A stretch of DNA of 17,814 nucleotides from a virus: positions 1 through 17,814 of IMG/VR virus record IMGVR_UViG_3300045988_010373. One strand, 5' to 3'. This document shows positions 1-5,097 of the stretch, piece by piece. The notes below the pieces were generated by a model. That model was not told where the DNA came from, did no database searches, and was given only the letters and a program-made list of their open reading frames with translations. How positions within the stretch are numbered: position 1 is the stretch's first letter; the number at the start of each line of letters is the position of its first letter. Both the position numbers and the translations under genes were made by a program.

Positions 1-22
1 TCCGGCGTGTTGTTTTGTGTCG

Positions 23-67
23 TTTTTTAAGCGCGTAGTTTTGTCGATTTTTTAAGCGCGTAGTTTT
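23..67 (+). repeat. Two 20-bp direct repeats TTTTTTAAGCGCGTAGTTTT (23-42 and 48-67) inside ITR-L, period 25 bp
   Basis: Exact 20/20 match read directly, separated by the 5 nt GTCGA. They are flanked by permuted GT-rich modules: CGGCGTGTTGT at 3-13 and 87-97, and TGTTTTGTGT at 11-20 and 73-82. Confidence 0.95.
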
Positions 68-107
68 CTCACTGTTTTGTGTTGTTCGGCGTGTTGTGGT
101 GGTGGTG

Positions 108-116
108 TGGTAGTAT
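108..116 (+). promoter_or_regulatory. Candidate extended -10 promoter TGGTAGTAT inside ITR-L, reading inward
   Basis: TGnTAnnnT form. It lies about 30 nt upstream of SD AGGAAAGG (138-145) and ATG 146. I saw no convincing -35. Confidence 0.35.
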
Positions 117-145
117 GTAACTATCAACCAAGGACACAGGAAAGG

Positions 146-496
146 ATGGTGGTTGATATGTATTTTCATCACGACACGCTCGATAAGATGACCAACATGG
201 TCAAGACGTATATCACCGATTATCTTCATGATGATATCGCCGCGTATGATGTGCAGCGTATTGTGAGTATTTTGTGGCATCGTTGGTATTATGTTGATGG
301 CATCAAGGGTTATCGTGCCGCGCAGGTTTTGCCCGCCCATAAGATTCGCAATCTTGAGGATGTGGCGTGCCGTGAGGGGTATTGTGATTGTTTCCGCGAG
401 GGTTACGCGCAGGGTGTAGCCGAGCGTGAGAATACGCAACATGATAATGCCGCCGCTACGCGCGCATTACGGGAGGCTTATTGTGGACTCGCTTAA
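146..496 (+). CDS. Early protein of unknown function (116 aa)
   Basis: ATG 146 is preceded by SD AGGAAAGG. The ORF-track TTG start at 77 would lie inside the ITR and is unlikely. The C-terminus has REGY..REGYAQG repeats. No family recognised. Confidence 0.6.
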   Translation: MVVDMYFHHDTLDKMTNMVKTYITDYLHDDIAAYDVQRIVSILWHRWYYVDGIKGYRAAQVLPAHKIRNLEDVACREGYCDCFREGYAQGVAERENTQHDNAAATRALREAYCGLA

Positions 497-542
497 GAAT
501 TTATGCGCGCAATTGTTCGGCCAGTGGTCTGAGCAAGGCGCG

Positions 543-707
543 ATGATTGCCGCCACGCAAGGCTATGAGCGTGGTGTATTGGACGCCGCTGAGGGTAAGC
601 CCGAACGCGAAACGCTCCCCTATGATATTCATAGGATGTATGAGGACGATTACCGACGTGGATACCGTGAAGGGTATGAGCATGGGAATGAACAGCCTGA
701 ATTTTAG
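543..707 (+). CDS. Small acidic early protein of unknown function (54 aa; start uncertain, TTG 513 alternative)
   Basis: In-frame ATG 543 after the stop of the previous gene. By count, about 13 acidic versus 7 basic residues. Repeated GY motifs (QGYERG, RRGYREGYEHG) resemble the tail of the upstream ORF. Confidence 0.4.
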   Translation: MIAATQGYERGVLDAAEGKPERETLPYDIHRMYEDDYRRGYREGYEHGNEQPEF

Positions 708-1215
708 GAAGACAACCGAGACGCCGACGAATTGGTTTGATGATGGCGTGTTGGATGATGATCGTGTGCGCCGCGTCATCCGCGGCAGGCGGCGTAATCT
801 GCACTTGCGTGAATACGATCGCGGTAAGGGCGATTGGGAAACATTGTGCCGTAGTATAGCGCTACTCAAGGACTTCTATAAGCCCCAGGGTGCGCAGGTG
901 GCGTTTGCGGACGGTATCGAACATGCGGCAAACGTTTGCCTATCATTATCCCCGCGCACGTCCCGCATCGGCGCGTTGGCGCGAACCCAGAACATTGAAA
1001 TGCTGAGCGGCGTCATTTACGCCCCGGCGATGGTGGCATGGTGTGCGGTCTGCCATGTCAAGGGCGCTACTTGCTACGAGATGTGCAAAATCTGGGAGGG
1101 CAATGAATTCGCCCAAACCATTATCAAAATCGCATGTCGTTGTTTTGACAACCTAAGCGATGTGCGGTATACTGATGAAGACGTGGCAAGAATGTCACAA
1201 CAGCAGCAACACTAG
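676..1215 (+). CDS. Early protein of unknown function (about 179 aa, Cys-rich C-terminal half)
   Basis: The long ORF 547-1215 has its first ATGs at 676/682/688, so the exact start is uncertain. It overlaps the 3' end of the previous ORF. No family recognised. Confidence 0.55.
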   Translation: MSMGMNSLNFRKTTETPTNWFDDGVLDDDRVRRVIRGRRRNLHLREYDRGKGDWETLCRSIALLKDFYKPQGAQVAFADGIEHAANVCLSLSPRTSRIGALARTQNIEMLSGVIYAPAMVAWCAVCHVKGATCYEMCKIWEGNEFAQTIIKIACRCFDNLSDVRYTDEDVARMSQQQQH

Positions 1216-1226
1216 GAAAAGGCGGT

Positions 1227-1547
1227 ATGATTATGGCATACATTAAGCGAGCAAAGCACTACAGTATTGTGCGCGGCGTTACTCGCGGCGAAAACGGGGA
1301 ACTTGTTGACGCCGAGGTGGTTGTAGATGGCGCGTGCCGCACGGCTGACATGGCTATGAAGAAGGCCCGCAAGATTAACAAGGACATGCTACCAATGTCC
1401 GCCGAGTATCATGCGCAGGAAACGCGCATGGACGAGGCAATCTATTGGGCTAATTGTGAGTTTGGGGATGATACCGTTATCGATTATCCGGGGCCGGTGA
1501 ACGGCAACGTGGTCGAGGATGATATTATCTCTGAGGAAAATAATTAA
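1227..1547 (+). CDS. Small protein with acidic C-terminal tail; candidate phi29 p6-like dsDNA-binding protein (by size, position and composition only)
   Basis: SD AGGAAAAGG precedes ATG 1227. The protein is 106 aa (phi29 p6 is about 104 aa). It has a central basic patch (MAMKKARKINK) and an acidic tail (VVEDDIISEENN). It sits upstream of the SSB-like, TP and pol genes, as gene 6 does in phi29 transcription order. Sequence similarity is weak. Confidence 0.3.
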   Translation: MIMAYIKRAKHYSIVRGVTRGENGELVDAEVVVDGACRTADMAMKKARKINKDMLPMSAEYHAQETRMDEAIYWANCEFGDDTVIDYPGPVNGNVVEDDIISEENN

Positions 1548-1574
1548 TAATCCCTATAAGGAAAGGCAACAATC

Positions 1575-2012
1575 ATGGCTGACAACGAACTGACAGTAAC
1601 CAACGGCAACAATTTTGCGGCGAACGGCGCTAACGCCGTCTCCCACTTCTTCGACACTACCACTATGGACGGTAAAATGGCGCTGTATAACGCCATGCAA
1701 ACCTCCGACAAGGTGGACGAACACCTGAATGAGCCATTGCATGTGACTAACGTGCTTGCGCAGGCTATCGAGGTCGCCAATCAGGAAACCGGTGAAATCA
1801 ACTCGTCTACCCGCGTGGTCATTCACGCCGAAGAAGGCGACTTCGCCGCCGCCTCGCCCACGTTGGCGCACGCCTTCGGCAACCTGTTCGCCATTTTCGG
1901 CACGCCGGACACATGGTCTTCGCCGCTCACGCTCAAGGTGGTGGAAAAGAAGAGCCGCCGCGGCTATAAGTTCTTCGACCTCGAATTAGTGTCGGAAAAC
2001 AAGCGTAAGTAG
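1575..2012 (+). CDS. Candidate single-stranded DNA-binding protein (145 aa)
   Basis: SD AGGAAAGG precedes ATG 1575. It occupies the position of phi29 gene 5, just upstream of the TP/pol genes. The pattern ...ETGE...RVVI...G...ASP.....L..FG.P..W..PL.LKV...KS.RGYKF..LEL recalls a phage OB-fold SSB family as I remember it. Unverified. Confidence 0.4.
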   Translation: MADNELTVTNGNNFAANGANAVSHFFDTTTMDGKMALYNAMQTSDKVDEHLNEPLHVTNVLAQAIEVANQETGEINSSTRVVIHAEEGDFAAASPTLAHAFGNLFAIFGTPDTWSSPLTLKVVEKKSRRGYKFFDLELVSENKRK

Positions 2013-2031
2013 CCCACTTGTCCACACCATA

Positions 2032-2040
2032 TGATAGCAT
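2032..2040 (+). promoter_or_regulatory. Candidate extended -10 promoter TGATAGCAT upstream of the TP/pol genes
   Basis: TGnTAnnnT in the 119-nt spacer between the SSB-like gene and the TP gene. Confidence 0.3.
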
Positions 2041-2047
2041 GGTAGCG

Positions 2048-2059
2048 TCCCTATAGGGA
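2048..2059. promoter_or_regulatory. Perfect 12-bp palindrome TCCCTATAGGGA (candidate operator)
   Basis: Read directly. A near copy, TCCCTATAAGGA, sits at 1551-1562 just upstream of the SSB-like gene. Confidence 0.3.
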
Positions 2060-2074
2060 TGTTGCCGCCAGACT

Positions 2075-2111
2075 CACCCCCGTCGTTTCCATCCTTGCGG
2101 CGGGGGTGTTT
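2075..2111 (+). terminator. GC-rich hairpin followed by TTT (terminator, attenuator or 5'-UTR stem)
   Basis: CACCCCCGTCG (2075-2085) pairs with CGGCGGGGGTG (2098-2108): 11 bp including one G-U, 12-nt loop, then TTT. It lies between the candidate promoter at 2032 and SD AAGGAGGGG (2121-2129). Confidence 0.45.
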
Positions 2112-2131
2112 CACACTCACAAGGAGGGGCC

Positions 2132-3076
2132 GTGGCAAAACGCAAAAACAACCGACGCGCCAACAATCTGAAACGCAACGCCGCAATCAGGTCAGCGCAG
2201 GTACGCCAAGAGCGGGCCGTAAGGGATTACAGTACCGGACGCCTCCCCAAGCAAATCACTGAAGCATTCCTAGGGAAACTCAGTGCCCAACAGCTTGAGC
2301 AGGTTGCGCGACGTATCGGGCAGGAATTCGGGGAGCAGCAGCAAGCCTTACGTGCGCGGGATAATGAACCGTATCAGGTTGTCCCCGACGTGCATATTAC
2401 GAAACTCGATAGGGAACTGGCGGCGCGCCCGCTGATAACCGACGTGGAAATCGCCGCCGCCCCGTCGAAACGCCGGAAAACATTACGGCAGCAGCAGCGC
2501 CGCCGACTTGAGGCGCGGCGGAAAATCAAACGCGCCCAACAATTCGAGGCGCTGAGTATGGCCCGCTATACCGTGGGGGAGATCCGCGAAATGGAACTTG
2601 CGGGAGAATCCCCATTCGACGTGCTGGGTACGCATACGGTTGGCGGGTCGGCGCGCGATGAACTCACACGCAACCGCGCGAACATATTCGGCACCGAACG
2701 TGGTATAAGCCATGCGCGTGCGATGATTCGAGGCGGCAACCGCAGGCGACTTGAGCGGGAGATATTGGAATACGCCGGGCTTGTAGGCCGCGCGCCATTA
2801 CGCGCGGGAACTCGGCAAATTCCCGAGAGTGAGGGGACTGCGGATTTTGATAGGGTCGAACAACAGCTAGAAGCATTCGACTCAAGTATCGCACAAAAAT
2901 TCGCGTCCCTATCAAACCGTCAAAAAAGATGGTTGATGAACAATACGAATTTTAGCACCGTGGTACGCGAAGCAACATGGTATAATGACAAGACGCATAA
3001 ATGGGAGACCAAAGCGGACGCGGGAGATGTGGCAACGCGAATCGATGAATGGATGACCAGCGCAGCACGACACTAA
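2132..3076 (+). CDS. Candidate terminal protein (TP), 314 aa
   Basis: GTG 2132 lies after the strong SD AAGGAGGGG. The gene is immediately upstream of the pPolB gene with a 12-nt gap, as in phi29 (gene 3 then gene 2). The N-terminus is very basic (MAKRKNNRRANNLKRNAAIR, compare phi29 TP MARSPRIRIK...). There are Arg-rich helical segments. The size is close to known TPs. No motif-level proof. Confidence 0.55.
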   Translation: MAKRKNNRRANNLKRNAAIRSAQVRQERAVRDYSTGRLPKQITEAFLGKLSAQQLEQVARRIGQEFGEQQQALRARDNEPYQVVPDVHITKLDRELAARPLITDVEIAAAPSKRRKTLRQQQRRRLEARRKIKRAQQFEALSMARYTVGEIREMELAGESPFDVLGTHTVGGSARDELTRNRANIFGTERGISHARAMIRGGNRRRLEREILEYAGLVGRAPLRAGTRQIPESEGTADFDRVEQQLEAFDSSIAQKFASLSNRQKRWLMNNTNFSTVVREATWYNDKTHKWETKADAGDVATRIDEWMTSAARH

Positions 3077-3088
3077 AAGGATGGAATC

Positions 3089-4549
3089 ATGAAAGAGCGT
3101 CGAACGGCGGCAACAGACGGCGCAACACTATTAACGGATGACGGCATGGAACCATTGACAGCCCGTGCCGTCATCCGCCTCACCATGCTCGACCATCATA
3201 CGCGCGTATGGTGTGCGCACGGATGGCAGGACATTAAACCCATAGCCGCCGAACTCTTGAAACGACTACCATTGCAATCGAACCCGAGCAAGGACGGCGC
3301 GTGGGGCACGTTCAATATTCGCGGCCATTTTTACAGTTTTCGTGTGCGCATGGGCGGCATTACCGTGGACTTTATCGACGTGCGCAATATTACGCGCGAC
3401 GATGGGTTGCATGTTTCACGTGAAACGTTCGGAGGAACCACCGACTTGGAAACCACCTGGAACATCGCGCAGGAATGCGACGCCCTGAACCTCAAGGGCA
3501 CCACCATAGCGTCAATGGCGATGACCGACTATATCGGCGGTGACTACGCTGGGTTCAAACGCCATTTTCCGCCATTGGATAGGGATGATTATCATCGGAT
3601 GCGCCCCGCCTACTATGGGGCGATAGTGTACAGCAAGCCGGGCGAATACCGGGATTGTAGAAGCTGGGATGTGAACAGTCTCTATCCGAGCATCATGCGC
3701 GACGCTCCAATGCCAACAGGCTCCCCCATATGGTACGACGGGGAATATCAATACGACGCCGACTATCCATTGCATATCGACGTTGTCGCGTTTGATGCAA
3801 AATTGAAGAACGGCAAAACGGCAACGCTCACCAATATCCTACCCGTATGGGGGTATGAGGGTGAACGCTTGGATAGCACGCTCGGCGTCATCACCATGCC
3901 GGTCACGGATGTGGATTGGGAAACGCTCACGGAAAACTATGACGTGCATGTGTGGGAGCATATTGGCGGCTGGAAATTCCGCAAATCACATGGACTCTAC
4001 TATAACTACGTGGATACATGGTTCCACGTGAAACAAACCGCAACCGGAGAGCGTAAGCAGATGGCAAAACTACTATTGAACTCATTGGTGGGGAAGTTTG
4101 GTGCCTCGCTCTACCGGCCCATGCTGCATCCGAAACCAACTGCGGACGGGGGTATAGATTTTACCGTGGATAAACCCGAGTCGGCCAACAGTCTGGCGTG
4201 GCTGCCGACCGCCGCCTATGTGAACGCTTATGGTCGGCAGGTATCATCCCGTGCGATGAACGCGAACACCGACCGCGTGATATATGCGGATACTGACGGC
4301 ATGATATTGGCTGGGCTGGACGCGCCTACGGGCGTCGAAACGGATGACCGGAAACTGGGTGCATGGAAAAACGACCACACCTATGAAAAATTACGCATTC
4401 TCGGCAATCGTAAATATTGCGGTGTGGAAACAGGCGGCGACACCATTATGCGGTTGAGCGGCGTGCATCGCGCCGCCCCCATCCCTTATGACGAGTTTCT
4501 GTCGGGGTCGCATCATCTCAATGACGATGGCCATAGTTTCATGCTATAA
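3089..4549 (+). CDS. Protein-primed family B DNA polymerase (phi29 gp2-like), compact 486 aa
   Basis: By-eye alignment to phi29 DNAP. WDVNSLYPS matches motif A (3668-3691). The DYPLHI block is present. KLLLNSLVGKFG matches motif B (4067-4102). YADTDG matches motif C (4283-4300). KLGAWKNDH...RKY matches the KxY region. ExoII-like NPSKDGAW is present. Confidence 0.95.
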   Translation: MKERRTAATDGATLLTDDGMEPLTARAVIRLTMLDHHTRVWCAHGWQDIKPIAAELLKRLPLQSNPSKDGAWGTFNIRGHFYSFRVRMGGITVDFIDVRNITRDDGLHVSRETFGGTTDLETTWNIAQECDALNLKGTTIASMAMTDYIGGDYAGFKRHFPPLDRDDYHRMRPAYYGAIVYSKPGEYRDCRSWDVNSLYPSIMRDAPMPTGSPIWYDGEYQYDADYPLHIDVVAFDAKLKNGKTATLTNILPVWGYEGERLDSTLGVITMPVTDVDWETLTENYDVHVWEHIGGWKFRKSHGLYYNYVDTWFHVKQTATGERKQMAKLLLNSLVGKFGASLYRPMLHPKPTADGGIDFTVDKPESANSLAWLPTAAYVNAYGRQVSSRAMNANTDRVIYADTDGMILAGLDAPTGVETDDRKLGAWKNDHTYEKLRILGNRKYCGVETGGDTIMRLSGVHRAAPIPYDEFLSGSHHLNDDGHSFML

Positions 4550-4550
4550 T
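4542..4550 (+). promoter_or_regulatory. Consensus extended -10 promoter TGCTATAAT overlapping the pol stop codon (candidate late promoter)
   Basis: Exact TGnTATAAT. The TAA stop of pol (4547-4549) is inside the hexamer. The predicted start, about 4557, heads the 187-nt non-coding region before the structural module. Confidence 0.45.
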
Positions 4551-4720
4551 ACCTAGTAGCGGGGTGTGCGTCCCAAGTCGATTCGATGGCCCGACCGGTA
4601 GGCAAATCGGTAAGGCGATTCGGTCGGATGTAGACGTGCGTAGCCAGCGCCCATTGACGGCGAGGGAACCCGCACAGCCTAGCAATCCGGCCCGGCAGCG
4701 TGATTGCTGCCGGGCCATTA
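4551..4720 (+). ncRNA. Candidate structured RNA or long structured 5' leader (function unknown)
   Basis: No plausible + strand ORF. By-eye helices: 4565-4574 with 4664-4676 (bulged); 4591-4597 with 4621-4627; 4605-4609 with 4616-4620; 4689-4699 with 4706-4716. No folding program was run. Confidence 0.3.
4689..4716 (+). terminator. Perfect 11-bp GC-rich hairpin GGCCCGGCAGC/GCTGCCGGGCC (loop GTGATT)
   Basis: Read directly. It is followed by ATTAACC, so there is no real U-tract, and only about 20 nt remain to ATG 4737. AGCAATC (4681-4687) can alternatively pair with GATTGCT (4702-4708). Confidence 0.4.
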
Positions 4721-4736
4721 ACCTTAAGGGGTGAAT

Positions 4737-5075
4737 ATGGACGACACCGAAAACAATGAGCCGGACACCACGCTCGACACCGAGCCGGACGCGCCCGCCG
4801 ACGAGAATACGCCGAACCCGGAGCCTGAAACGCAGGACGATAGTGAACCGGAGGACGCGGGCGATGACAAGACCGCCGACATGGCCGACCGGCTGAGCGC
4901 ATTGGAGGCGACAGTGGCGGAACTGTCGAAAACCATTGAGGCGATGCGCGACGCTGCGGCCGACCATGTGTTGAACGATGGCCCGGACGATGACAAGACG
5001 CCGGAATCGGCTGAACTGACCGACGATGACTATAACGGCACCTACAGCACGTTCGATGACCTCTATGAAGACTGA
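4737..5075 (+). CDS. Highly acidic protein, candidate scaffolding protein (112 aa)
   Basis: SD AAGGGG precedes ATG 4737. It lies immediately upstream of the major capsid gene, as phi29 gp7 does. It has D/E/P/T-rich disordered arms flanking a helical core (ADRLSALEATVAELSKTIEAMRDAAA). Confidence 0.5.
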   Translation: MDDTENNEPDTTLDTEPDAPADENTPNPEPETQDDSEPEDAGDDKTADMADRLSALEATVAELSKTIEAMRDAAADHVLNDGPDDDKTPESAELTDDDYNGTYSTFDDLYED

Positions 5076-5097
5076 CAACTAGGAAAGGATAACTATT

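Larger units (their letters stand above)
1..119. repeat. Left inverted terminal repeat (ITR-L), 119 bp perfect
   Basis: Bases 1-119 are identical to the reverse complement of 17696-17814. The first mismatches are at 120-121. Imperfect similarity (one 1-nt indel, a few substitutions) continues to about 163. The top strand is almost pure G+T. Confidence 0.97.

Noticed and set aside
23-67. Direct repeats in the ITR as a possible mini-CRISPR array
   Set aside because: There are only two 20-bp copies separated by 5 nt, duplicated in inverted form at the other end, with no spacers or cas genes. They are origin or ITR architecture, not CRISPR.
77-145. TTG start at 77 extending the first ORF into the ITR (MCCSACCGGG...)
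   Set aside because: The extension lies inside the perfect ITR and is a translation of GT-repeat DNA. A good SD (AGGAAAGG) precedes the ATG at 146, and the same SD/ATG is mirrored at the right end.
547-675. Upstream part of the 222-aa ORF 547-1215
   Set aside because: It fully overlaps the 54-aa ORF in another frame, has no SD, and lacks a convincing start. The first ATGs with any upstream purine-rich sequence are at 676-688.
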